A stretch of 48,207 bases of DNA, taken from positions 1 to 48,207 of the forward strand of contig CAZJUC010000001.1 in the NCBI GenBank assembly GCA_964549065.1, read 5' to 3'. The number at the start of each line of letters is the position of its first letter. Position 1 is the stretch's first letter. The position numbers were made by a program, and so were the translations under genes. The stretch comes from an uncultured Ilumatobacteraceae bacterium. GTDB lineage: Bacteria > Actinomycetota > Acidimicrobiia > Acidimicrobiales > Ilumatobacteraceae. This document shows, one piece after another, positions 1-10,624 of this stretch. The notes beneath the pieces were generated by a model, which saw only the letters and a program-made list of their open reading frames with translations, was not told the DNA's origin and ran no database searches.

Positions 1-2525
<2,525 letters not shown>

Positions 2526-2755
2526 GGGGAAGCCTCCTGCGGTGGGATTGACCTTCCCCGGCTGTCATCGGTACCTGAGAGTTTCACCGGTCGAGGACCG
2601 GCTTTCCCCGTCGGTGGCCACCGACGTCGACCTGAGGCGACATCGATGGCGCTTTCCAGCGTGCCTCGCCCGAGCGGTCCGTGGGCCTGAGAGATTCCGG
2701 GGTGGTTGCTCCTTCGGCGCCGACATCGCACGCGATGACGACTCTCCCGCTCGGG
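2526..2755 (-). promoter_or_regulatory. tandem glycine riboswitch (two aptamers) plus SD-proximal hairpin in the gcvP leader
   Basis: Aptamer 1 on the minus-strand RNA (2755..2669): cccgagcGGGAGAG...gcgCCGAAGGAGCAAcc...CUCUCAGGCccacGGACcgcucggg, with P1 CCCGAGCG/CGCUCGGG. Aptamer 2 (2660..2560): gCUGGAAAG...ccACCGACGGGGAAAgc...CUCUCAGGUaccgauGACAGc. A GGGGAAG (2559..2553) / CUUCCCC (2532..2526) hairpin encloses the AGGAGG SD immediately before the ATG. Confidence 0.85.
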
Positions 2756-2832
2756 TGGAACGGCGATTCAGTTGTGCGCGCAGCGTACCCGTCGACGCCG
2801 GCACCGTGCGGGATCCAGCGTGGTCGTTCGAA

Positions 2833-4680
2833 TCAGCTGCGAGGAGCGGTGACGTTGCAGGCGTCGATCGCCTTGACCAGCGGGTACGGGTTCACCGCAG
2901 CTCCACCACCGGGGTGGACCTCGAAGTGCAGGTGTGGCGTTGCGCTGTTGCCGGTGTTGCCGAGCGTGCCGACCACCTGGCCGGCGGTGACCTTGGTGCC
3001 CACCTCGATGCCCTCGGCGAAGGTGTCGAGGTGGAGATAGGTGAAGTACGTCCCGTTGTCCTGGGCGATCCGCAGACCGTTGCCGGCGAGCGCCCCGGGC
3101 CGGTCGACGTAGATCTTCGAGACCGTGCCGGACACCACCGCATAGAGGAGTTTCCCCCGGGGAGCGATGATGTCGACGCCCTCGTGGAGGCGCCCGCCAC
3201 TGCGCGGTGCCTTCCATGTGTCGCCGAACCAACACTTGCCCTGGACCGGGAAGACGTCGAGCGACACGCCCTGGCTCGACGGGGGAGGGGGTGCCGGCGC
3301 CGGTGCACTGCCGAGACGATCGGCGGTGGTCTGATCGAGGCGTCCGGTGGCGGGAAGGCCCTCGCGACGCTGGAACGCCATGATGGCTCCGGCCGTCGCT
3401 GCACCGAAGACGCCGTCGGCACCGCCGACGAAGGAGATACCGGTGTCCAGCAGTGATTGCTGCAGGGCCTCGACACGGTCACCGCGCTCGCCGAACACCG
3501 CGAACCCCGCCTGACTGCTGACACCCTGTGGCGCTGCGTCCGTGCCGAGTGACAGTGCAGATGCATCGGCGGCGCTCACCACTCCGGTCGGCTCACGACC
3601 TGCGGACTGCTGGAACTGGATCAGTGTCGCTCGGGTCATGTTGCCGAACACGCCGTCGGCGCCACCGCGCAACGTGAGGCCAGCGTTCATGAGGGCCCGC
3701 TGGAGTTCTTTCACCAGCGCACCGTTCGACCCGACGGCCAAACCGACGTGGGAAGTGCCGGCTGAGGGCGCGGGGGTGGGCACCGGCGCAGGCGCCGGGG
3801 CCGGCGAACCGGGCGCCAGCTCCAGTTTCGCCACCACGGCGTCGTCGACGACACCGCTGACCGTCAGGCCGTTGTCCTGCTGGTAGATCTTCAACGCCGC
3901 TTCGGTCATCGGACCGAAGATGCCGTCGGCGCCGCCGCGAACCGACACGCCGGCATCGATCAACGCCCGCTGCAGCACTTTGACGTTGTCGCCTCGTACG
4001 CCGCTCTTCATGCCCACGAAGGTGGCAGTTCCGGCCGGCGTTGCGGCCGGTCCGGACACGGCGGCGGGTGCCGAGGGGCCACCGCCGAGCCCGAGTTTCG
4101 ACGAGGTGGCGGCGTCGGCGACGCCGGTGACCGTGAGCTCGTTCCAGCGCTGGAAGTTCGACAGGGCCGTCTTCGTGGCGGGTCCGAAGAATCCGTCGGC
4201 GCCACCCGGCACGAAGACCCCGAGTGACATCAGCGCACGCTGGAGTGCCTTGACGGCGTCACCGCGTGCACCGATGGCGAGCGCTCCCGTCTCGGGAGCG
4301 GGAGCCGGCCCGGACAGACCGAGGGCCGTCGCCGTCGCCGGGTCGACCCGACCGGTGGTGGCGAGGTCCGAGCGCGACTGGAAGGCGGTGAGGGCGGACT
4401 TGGTCTTGGGTCCGAAGACGCCGTCGGCGCCGCCCGGTACGGTCACGCCTGCGGCGAGCAGAGCGTTCTGCAGCGCGACGACGTCCGAGCCGGTCGAGCC
4501 CTGGCTCAACCCGACGACGGTCCGGGGGAGCAGTGGCGACTGGGCCACCGGCGCGGAGGCGGTCGCCGAGGTCGGTACCGACGACAATGCGAGTCCAGCG
4601 ATGGCTGCGACGCAGAGGCCGCGAGCGAGTACACGCGCTCGGCCGAGCGGCGGGGTAGCGGGTGTCATGGTCGACGTCAT
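2833..4680 (-). CDS. secreted cell-wall hydrolase: signal peptide, five PG_binding_1 repeats, C-terminal M23 (LytM) metallopeptidase
   Basis: N-terminal hydrophobic signal (LCVAAIAGLALSSVPTSATA). Five repeats of the form G.(R/T)GD.V..LQ.AL...G......ADG.FG..T..A...FQ. The C-terminus carries HEGVDIIAP...LHLD...GNTGNSATPHLHFEVH (the HxxxD / HxH M23 signature). Confidence 0.9.
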   Translation of the reverse strand: MTSTMTPATPPLGRARVLARGLCVAAIAGLALSSVPTSATASAPVAQSPLLPRTVVGLSQGSTGSDVVALQNALLAAGVTVPGGADGVFGPKTKSALTAFQSRSDLATTGRVDPATATALGLSGPAPAPETGALAIGARGDAVKALQRALMSLGVFVPGGADGFFGPATKTALSNFQRWNELTVTGVADAATSSKLGLGGGPSAPAAVSGPAATPAGTATFVGMKSGVRGDNVKVLQRALIDAGVSVRGGADGIFGPMTEAALKIYQQDNGLTVSGVVDDAVVAKLELAPGSPAPAPAPVPTPAPSAGTSHVGLAVGSNGALVKELQRALMNAGLTLRGGADGVFGNMTRATLIQFQQSAGREPTGVVSAADASALSLGTDAAPQGVSSQAGFAVFGERGDRVEALQQSLLDTGISFVGGADGVFGAATAGAIMAFQRREGLPATGRLDQTTADRLGSAPAPAPPPPSSQGVSLDVFPVQGKCWFGDTWKAPRSGGRLHEGVDIIAPRGKLLYAVVSGTVSKIYVDRPGALAGNGLRIAQDNGTYFTYLHLDTFAEGIEVGTKVTAGQVVGTLGNTGNSATPHLHFEVHPGGGAAVNPYPLVKAIDACNVTAPRS

Positions 4681-4963
4681 GGGCGGAAGAGCTCCCTGCA
4701 GTTCACTGTGGAATTGTCGGTCCGCCCGTCGTGGACCTCAATGGTCGACCCGTGGCTCGGGTGAAGGTCAAGATTTCCTCAACCTCGACCTGAGGTGGTG
4801 GTCACTTCGACGGCCCTGGTGACAGGCGTCGAGATCCCTGCGCCAGTCTGGACGAGCGGGGGAGGCACTGTCCAGGGGAATCACCAGATATGACATAACG
4901 AAGATTATGGGCGTTCACACGGAAGGGGCGGGGCGAGCCCGGTCAGGCGCACCCGTCCTGCGC

Positions 4964-5350
4964 TCAGGCTGCGCCGAGTTCGCGGTCCCGCAGCGGGCGC
5001 GCCGCCGCCAGGAGCCACTGCACGGCGTCGGTGAGTTCTCGCACCGTCGGCGTGCCCGAGTCGCCGGGATTGCCGCCGAGGTCTCGTTCGACGTCGTCGA
5101 CGGCACAGGCCAGGACGTACAGCTCGTCATGGAGTGCGTCGAGTTCGGACCTCGCGACCACCAGTTCGTTCTCGTTCAGCTCGAGTTCCTGCGCTCGATG
5201 GCGTGCGACCCAGTCCCACTGGCGGCAACGTCCCGAGCAGAATTCGCGTGGTCGGCCGGGGCCGCGCCGCGCCGGAAGCGCGCGACGGCACCAACGGCAG
5301 TGTCGGGTCCCCGATCCTGCGCTGTCGGCACCCATGGTCGAATTCGTCAT
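4964..5350 (-). CDS. hypothetical protein with N-terminal zinc ribbon (CRWC..GRPREFCSGRCRQ) and coiled-coil tail
   Basis: ATG at 5350 with G/C-rich third codon positions. The CxxC-X17-CxxxC motif containing GRPRxFCS..CR is a pattern I recognise from small actinobacterial (often mobile-element) proteins. Function unknown. Confidence 0.55.
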   Translation of the reverse strand: MTNSTMGADSAGSGTRHCRWCRRALPARRGPGRPREFCSGRCRQWDWVARHRAQELELNENELVVARSELDALHDELYVLACAVDDVERDLGGNPGDSGTPTVRELTDAVQWLLAAARPLRDRELGAA

Positions 5351-5412
5351 GACGCTATTCTAGCGTTCGGCGGGTGGTGGGAGTCGGCGATCCTCCTGGG
5401 AGACTGCCCGGC

Positions 5413-6483
5413 GTGACGACCCTCCCGCCACCCCCTGCTCGCGCCTTCGCCAGTGACAACGCTGCCGGCGCCCACCCCACCGTCCTCGAGGCCGTCATCG
5501 CGGCCAACGACGGATCGGCGCTGGCCTACGGCGACGACGACCACACCCGCGAGTGCGAGGCCAGGTTCCGCGATCTCTTCGGCGCGGACGTCACGACCGA
5601 ACTGACGTTCAACGGCACCGGCGCCAACATCGTCGCGCTGGCCACCCTGCTCGGCTCGCTCCCGGGGCCGAACCACGCCGTGGTCTGTACCGACTGGGCG
5701 CACATCGCCGTCGACGAGACCGGCGCCCCGGAGCGGGCGCTCGCCACGAAGCTGATGGAGCTGCCCTCCCCCGGTGCCAAGCTCGTGCCCGAACAGTTGG
5801 CAGCACTGGCCGAGGTACAAGGCGTGCAACATCATGCGCAGCCGGGCGTTGTCTCGATCACCCAGGCAACCGAACTCGGCACGCTGTACACCGCCGACGA
5901 GATCGCCGCCATCAGCGACCAGGCCCACCGCCTCGGCATGCTCGTCCATCTCGACGGCGCTCGCCTCGCCAATGCAGTGGCCGCACTCGGTGCCACGCCG
6001 GCCGCGCTGCGGTCGATGACCATCGACGCCGGGGTCGACGCCGTCAGCTTCGGCGGCACCAAGAACGGGTTGCTCGGCGCCGAAGCGGTCGTGTTCCTCT
6101 CCCCCGCTGCGTCGGTTGGTGCACAGTACGTGCGCAAACAGGTCACACAGCTGCCGTCGAAGATGCGGTTCCTCGCCGCACAGTTCAACGCCGTGCTCCA
6201 CGACGACCTGTGGATCGACCTGGCCGCTCATGCCAACGCCATGGCGACCGAGCTCCACCGGCACACCCAGCACCTGCAGGGGGTCGAACTCGATCATCCT
6301 CCGGCGATCAACAGTCTGTTCCCCCGTCTGGCTCCCGAGGCGATCGCGACGTTGCGCGAGTGGTGTTTCTTCTGGGATTGGGACACGAGCGTGCATCAGG
6401 TGCGTTGGATGACCGCGTGGGACACGACCCGCGACGACGTCGAGACCTTTGCGCGTGGGGTCGCGCTGGTCACCGGGAAATGA
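5413..6483 (+). CDS. ltaE: low-specificity L-threonine aldolase family (PLP, beta-eliminating lyase fold)
   Basis: FASDNAAGAHPTVLEAVIAANDG..AYGDD..T.E.E..FR.LFG....TELTFNGTGANIVAL and FGGTKNG are typical of the family. The track start is GTG 5374. I prefer GTG 5413, which has GGGAGA 9 nt upstream; the start is uncertain. Confidence 0.8.
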   Translation: MTTLPPPPARAFASDNAAGAHPTVLEAVIAANDGSALAYGDDDHTRECEARFRDLFGADVTTELTFNGTGANIVALATLLGSLPGPNHAVVCTDWAHIAVDETGAPERALATKLMELPSPGAKLVPEQLAALAEVQGVQHHAQPGVVSITQATELGTLYTADEIAAISDQAHRLGMLVHLDGARLANAVAALGATPAALRSMTIDAGVDAVSFGGTKNGLLGAEAVVFLSPAASVGAQYVRKQVTQLPSKMRFLAAQFNAVLHDDLWIDLAAHANAMATELHRHTQHLQGVELDHPPAINSLFPRLAPEAIATLREWCFFWDWDTSVHQVRWMTAWDTTRDDVETFARGVALVTGK

Positions 6484-6508
6484 CGTCGAAATTCATTGCT
6501 TGATGCAA

Positions 6509-6537
6509 TTGACTCCGCGATCGATTCGTTCTAATCT
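6509..6537 (+). promoter_or_regulatory. near-consensus sigma-A type promoter for the whiB-like gene (TTGACT-17 nt-TAATCT)
   Basis: TTGACT at 6509..6514, a 17-nt spacer, and TAATCT at 6532..6537, in an AT-enriched patch about 55 nt upstream of the ATG. The inverted repeat ATTGC-N5-GCAAT (6495..6509) abuts the -35. Confidence 0.45.
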
Positions 6538-6593
6538 GCGGAGCGCTCGGGGTCGATCGGCTCCGAACGGGGCTCTAGCACGGGGGTGTGTCC

Positions 6594-6890
6594 ATGTCGG
6601 CCATCGAACTCGATCGCATCGCAACTGACGACGACTGGATGCGCCACGGCGCCTGCAAGGGGCTGACACACCTGTTCTTCCCCACCGCCGCCGAACGACC
6701 ACAGGCGCGAGAACGTCGCGAAGCTGCAGCACAGGAGGTCTGTGCAGGGTGCAGCGTGCAGACCCAGTGCGTCGAGTTCGCTCGACGCAACCACGAGTAC
6801 GGGTTCTGGGGTGGCGAATCCGAGGACGAACGCCACGCCGCCGGTTTCCGCCTGATCGCCCCCATCGGCATCCGCGCCCGCGCCAGCTGA
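6594..6890 (+). CDS. WhiB-like (Wbl) iron-sulfur transcription factor
   Basis: Four Cys in the Wbl pattern (HGACKG...VCAGCSVQTQC), followed by the GFWGG turn motif and a basic tail. The track start is GTG 6588; ATG 6594 has a GGGGG SD-like run 7-8 nt upstream. Confidence 0.88.
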   Translation: MSAIELDRIATDDDWMRHGACKGLTHLFFPTAAERPQARERREAAAQEVCAGCSVQTQCVEFARRNHEYGFWGGESEDERHAAGFRLIAPIGIRARAS

Positions 6891-6898
6891 GCGAGCCC

Positions 6899-7789
6899 CT
6901 GTCCGCCACCTCGGGCGCTCCCGTCGACGTCGTCGTCGTCGGCAGCGCCAACCTCGACCTGGTCGCCACCACATCGCGGCTTCCGGGCCCGGGTGAGACG
7001 GTTCTCGGGACGAACTTCGCCGAGCACCCTGGTGGCAAGGGCCTGAACCAGGCAGTCGCCGCGTCCCGTGCCGGGTCGACGGTGAGCTTGGTGTCGGCGC
7101 TCGGCGACGACGCCGCCGGGGACCGGCTGCGCAGTGTTGCCGTGGCCGAGGGCATCGACGTCTCACTGGTCGACGTGGTGGCCGGCACACCCACCGGACG
7201 GGCAGTGATCACCGTCGACGCCCGCGCCGAGAACAGCATCGTCGTGATCCCCGGAGCGAACGCCCAGGTCCAGATCGGTGCGCTTCCCGCAAGTCGGGTG
7301 GTGCTCGCCCAGCTCGAGGTGCCCATCGCGACGGTCGCCGCCGCGTTCGCCACCGCTCGGGCCGCCGGTTGTCGGACGGTGTTGAATCCGGCGCCCGCTC
7401 CCTCTGGCGGTCTCCCCGAGGACCTGTTGTCGCTGTGCGACCTGATCGTGCCCAACGAGCACGAAGTCGAATTGCTCGGTGGCGTCGAACGGCTGTTCGC
7501 CGGCGACGTCGGCGCGGTCGTCGTCACACGCGGCGCCGCCGGCGTGAGCGTGATCGAATCCGTCGACGCGGCACCCTGGTCCGTCGCTGCGTTCGACGTC
7601 GAGCCGATCGACACGACCGGTGCCGGCGACTCCTTCTGTGGCGCCCTCTCGGCCCGGCTTGCGGCGGGTGACGACACACGCACTGCGGTCCGCTACGCCG
7701 CCGCGGCCGGTGCTCTCGCGACCACGGTCGCCGGTGCCGTCCCGTCGATTCCCCGTGCCAGCGAGATCGAGAGCCTGCTCAGGGCCTGA
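6899..7789 (+). CDS. rbsK: ribokinase (PfkB family)
   Basis: VDVVVVGSANLDLV....LPGPGETV.G..F...PGGKGLNQAVAA.R and the C-terminal DTTGAGDSF motif. The start is unresolved: the only canonical in-frame starts (GTG 6749/6767) lie deep inside the whiB-like gene, and downstream of its stop only CTG 6899 is in frame. Confidence 0.8.
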   Translation: MSATSGAPVDVVVVGSANLDLVATTSRLPGPGETVLGTNFAEHPGGKGLNQAVAASRAGSTVSLVSALGDDAAGDRLRSVAVAEGIDVSLVDVVAGTPTGRAVITVDARAENSIVVIPGANAQVQIGALPASRVVLAQLEVPIATVAAAFATARAAGCRTVLNPAPAPSGGLPEDLLSLCDLIVPNEHEVELLGGVERLFAGDVGAVVVTRGAAGVSVIESVDAAPWSVAAFDVEPIDTTGAGDSFCGALSARLAAGDDTRTAVRYAAAAGALATTVAGAVPSIPRASEIESLLRA

Positions 7790-8654
7790 GCGGGTGGCGG
7801 AGTTCGACGCATGCCCACCCCTCGAGGACGTCGGTGTGCACCACCTCCATGGGCGCCAGGGCGCGGAGGACGTGTTGGTGCGACCCGGCCAGGATGCCGC
7901 TGACGATCAGGCGTCCGTGCTGTTGCGTGACCCGCCGGAGATCGTCGGCGAGTGACACCAGTGCCGGAGCGAGGATGTTGGCGACCACCAGATCGTGCTC
8001 GCTGTCGATCGCCGCCAGGTCGGTGGTGTCCACCTCGATCCGGTCACCCACCCCGTTGCGCCGAGCGTTGTCGAGCGTCGCCTCGACCGCCGCCGATGCG
8101 ACGTCGATGGCGCGAACCGGTCGCTCGGACAACAGGGCGCCGACCACGGCGATCACACCGGTGCCACATCCCACGTCGAGGACGTCGACGACCGCACTTC
8201 GATCGGACGTCGAGCGCTCGAACACACGGCGAACGGCGCGCAACGACAACAACGTGGTGGGGTGGTCACCCAAGCCGAAGGCGCCACCGGGCTCGATCGA
8301 GACCACCAGTGGTGATGCTCCCGTCGGCGGGAGCGACTCCTGCCATGCCGGCACGATCACGAGACCCTCGTCGACCCACATCGGCGAGGCGAACTCCCGC
8401 CACCGCTCGGCGCCCTCGTGGACCGCGTCCACCTCGACCACACGATGGTCCCAGCGCCCCCCGAGTGCAGCGGCAGCTCGCTCGGTGGCGGCAGCGTCGT
8501 CACCGACCGCGGTCCACAACTCGACCTGGCGGCCCATGACACCGCTCGACGAGGCGCCTGGTCGCTCCTCGACCGCTCGGACACCGAGCTGCCAGAGCAC
8601 GTCCGACGCCACGTCGACGTCGTCCTCGCCGACGGTCACCACCAACGCCCGCAT
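7779..8654 (-). CDS. prmA: ribosomal protein L11 methyltransferase
   Basis: The internal ATG 8654 gives MRALVVTVGEDDVDVASDVLWQLGVRAVEE..., with the SAM motif VLDVGCGTGVIAVVGALL. It forms a TGATG 1-nt overlap with the upstream gene. The N-terminal 96 aa of track ORF 7779..8942 are Arg-rich junk. Confidence 0.82.
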   Translation of the reverse strand: MRALVVTVGEDDVDVASDVLWQLGVRAVEERPGASSSGVMGRQVELWTAVGDDAAATERAAAALGGRWDHRVVEVDAVHEGAERWREFASPMWVDEGLVIVPAWQESLPPTGASPLVVSIEPGGAFGLGDHPTTLLSLRAVRRVFERSTSDRSAVVDVLDVGCGTGVIAVVGALLSERPVRAIDVASAAVEATLDNARRNGVGDRIEVDTTDLAAIDSEHDLVVANILAPALVSLADDLRRVTQQHGRLIVSGILAGSHQHVLRALAPMEVVHTDVLEGWACVELRHPLRP

Positions 8655-9172
8655 CAGTCGATGCGGCGCAGCGACGTGCGGTACTGCTCGATCCGGTCGA
8701 CGTAGTGCTGCGCGCCGTCGCGGATGAACCCGCGGTCGGCCCGATCGAGTTTGATCACCGCGGGCGAACCTGCCGCCAGCGCTCCCGCCGGAACCTCGAC
8801 ATCGTCGAGGACGACCGAGTTGGCAGCCACGATCGCCCCGGCACGCACGACCGAACGGTGCAGAACCATCGCCGCGTTGCCGATCAACACGTCGTGTTCG
8901 ATCGTGCATCCCTCGAGATGGATCAGATGACCGAGAACGCAACCGTCACCGACGACGGTCGGCCACTGCGGGGTCGTGTGGAGTACGGCATTGTCCTGCA
9001 CGCTGGTGCGTTCGCCGATACGGATATCGCCACCGTCGCCACGCAGCACGGCGCCGGGCCACACCGACGAGTGCGCCCCGATCGTCACCGAGCCGATGAT
9101 CACCGCATCGGGATGGACGAACGCGTCCGGGTGGATCGTCGGTTCGAGGTCGCCGAGCGCATACACAGCCAT
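8654..9172 (-). CDS. gamma-class carbonic anhydrase-like / hexapeptide-repeat (LbH) protein
   Basis: From ATG 9172: MAVYALGDLEPTIHPDAFVHPDAVIIGSVTIGAHSSVWPGAVLRGDGGDIRIGERTSVQDNAVLH, the typical YrdA/PaaY-type left-handed beta-helix signature. Confidence 0.82.
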   Translation of the reverse strand: MAVYALGDLEPTIHPDAFVHPDAVIIGSVTIGAHSSVWPGAVLRGDGGDIRIGERTSVQDNAVLHTTPQWPTVVGDGCVLGHLIHLEGCTIEHDVLIGNAAMVLHRSVVRAGAIVAANSVVLDDVEVPAGALAAGSPAVIKLDRADRGFIRDGAQHYVDRIEQYRTSLRRID

Positions 9173-9265
9173 GGCGGCGCACCGTACCGCCGTCACCGTG
9201 CCGGCCCGCCAGTCGGGTCGAGACTCGTTGGAGTTCTCGCTCGCGGAGCGGGTACCGTTGCCGAA

Positions 9266-10555
9266 ATGTCCCGACGGATCGATATCGAGCTGACGAGCGC
9301 GCTCGCCGATGGCTCCTGGACCTGGCGCGCTGCTGGTGCCCGCAAGCCGAACGGAGTGGTCGACGGTTCGATCCTTCCAGCAGGGTCGTCCGTGGGTGAT
9401 CTGCTCAAGGTCGAGGTCGAGCAGATGCTCGACGGCATCGAGGTGCAGTCGGTCGTCAAGGGTCGCGAGAAGGCCGAGGACACCAACGTGCTCGAACTGC
9501 TACCGAGCGAGCAGACCTTCGAGGCCGTGATCGAGACCCGCGCCAAGCGCGACCGCTCCGGCCGAGGCGACCGCGACGGTCGCAACAAGCGCGACGGACG
9601 TGGCAAGCGCGACGGGCGCAGCAAGCGCGACGACCGCTCCGGCGAGGGCCGCTCCGGAGAGGGTGGTCGCCGCAGCGAGCAGCGTCGTCCGCACTTCGAG
9701 GCGCCGCCCGAGATCCCCCAGCGGCCGAAGCCCAAGCGTCTGCGGCCCGGCAAGGCGCGCCGCAACGAGGTCCTCGCTGCCCTCCCCGAGGAGCAGCGCC
9801 AGATTGCCGAACTCGCTCTGCAGGGGCTGCCGGCGGTACGCACACGGGTGAAGGAGGACAACGCCAAACTCGCTGCCGAGGGCAAGCCGACCATGCCGGA
9901 GGCCAGCGTCGTGAAGATGGCCGAGGACCTCCTGCCGAAGTTGCGAGTTGCCGAATGGCTCGACCGGGCCGAGGCCGCCAAACGACAGATGGAGCACCTC
10001 GACTTGCGTGACCTGCGCAGCGTGGTTGCTGCGAGCGACGACTCGATCGTGGCGCGCGACGAGACCACACGTGCACTCGCCGAGGAGCTACGGGCCTCGC
10101 TGGTGCGCAAACAGGACGAGGAGCTGCTGCTCTGGTTCGGTGACATCGACGCCGCAATCGGTGTCGGGCGCGTGATCAGGGCGCTGCGGTTGTCGTCGCA
10201 GCCCCCGAAGGCCGGCGTGATGTTCCCGCCCGAGCTGGCCCGACGGCTCGGCGAGGCCGCAACCGCGGCGCTGCTTCCCGACGATCCTGCCGACCGCTGG
10301 ATCGCCGTGCTCGAGGCGGTGGCGTTCTCGCCGGTGCGAACGCTCGTGACCCCGTCGACACCGCCGACCACGGTCACCGACGATCTTCGTGCCACGGTGC
10401 TGCGACTCGGTCCGGCACTTCCCCAGGTGGCGGCACTCCTCGGAGTGGAGATCCCCGCGGGAGCACCGAAGCCCAAGCCGCTGCGCCAGCAGCCGGCACG
10501 TAAGCGGCCGGCGAAGTCGTCACCGAACAAGCCGGGCTCCGACCCCGCTCGCTGA
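9266..10555 (+). CDS. conserved-looking hypothetical protein with Arg/Asp/Gly/Lys-rich low-complexity linker
   Basis: ATG 9266 (MSRRIDIELTSALADGSWTWRAAG...) lies in frame within track ORF 8705..10555, whose upstream part is antisense to the LbH gene. Third codon positions are G/C-rich. I recognise no family. Confidence 0.65.
   Translation: MSRRIDIELTSALADGSWTWRAAGARKPNGVVDGSILPAGSSVGDLLKVEVEQMLDGIEVQSVVKGREKAEDTNVLELLPSEQTFEAVIETRAKRDRSGRGDRDGRNKRDGRGKRDGRSKRDDRSGEGRSGEGGRRSEQRRPHFEAPPEIPQRPKPKRLRPGKARRNEVLAALPEEQRQIAELALQGLPAVRTRVKEDNAKLAAEGKPTMPEASVVKMAEDLLPKLRVAEWLDRAEAAKRQMEHLDLRDLRSVVAASDDSIVARDETTRALAEELRASLVRKQDEELLLWFGDIDAAIGVGRVIRALRLSSQPPKAGVMFPPELARRLGEAATAALLPDDPADRWIAVLEAVAFSPVRTLVTPSTPPTTVTDDLRATVLRLGPALPQVAALLGVEIPAGAPKPKPLRQQPARKRPAKSSPNKPGSDPAR
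9584..9637 (+). repeat. 3 x 18-bp in-frame tandem repeat encoding (N/G/S)KRD(G/D)R
   Basis: aacAAGCGCGACGGacgt / ggcAAGCGCGACGGgcgc / agcAAGCGCGACGAccgc, starting at 9584, 9602 and 9620. Confidence 0.7.
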
Positions 10556-10624
10556 CTCCGGCGCGCCGACTCGAGCCGGCGAGGGTTCGCTCGTCCGACG
10601 GCCCGCGCCCTACGATCGACGGCC

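Noticed and set aside
4819-4830. 12-mer GTGACAGGCGTC shared between the M23 leader and the CRP-type palindrome at 13019..13030
   Set aside because: Exact 12-mer coincidences are expected many times in 48 kb of compositionally biased DNA. The 4819 copy has only one good half-site (GGTGA ... TCGAG), so I do not call it a CRP site.
4770-4910. 47-aa minus-strand ORF (MSYLVIPLDSASPARPDWRRDLDACHQGRRSDHHLRSRLRKS) inside the M23 leader
   Set aside because: It uses several codons that are rare for this genome (AGG x4, AGT, TAT, ATT, AAA), has weak third-position G/C bias, and has no SD. More likely it is non-coding leader.
4681-4963. Calling the M23 leader a ydaO (cyclic-di-AMP) riboswitch
   Set aside because: There is only a loose match to the 3' consensus, and I could not find the conserved 5' GGGGACCCA-like element by eye. 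It is kept as an unassigned candidate leader in the findings, not as a feature.
7779-7789. 11-bp convergent overlap of the ribokinase and prmA stop regions
   Set aside because: Short convergent 3' overlaps are common in compact high-GC genomes, and nothing else is unusual at the site.
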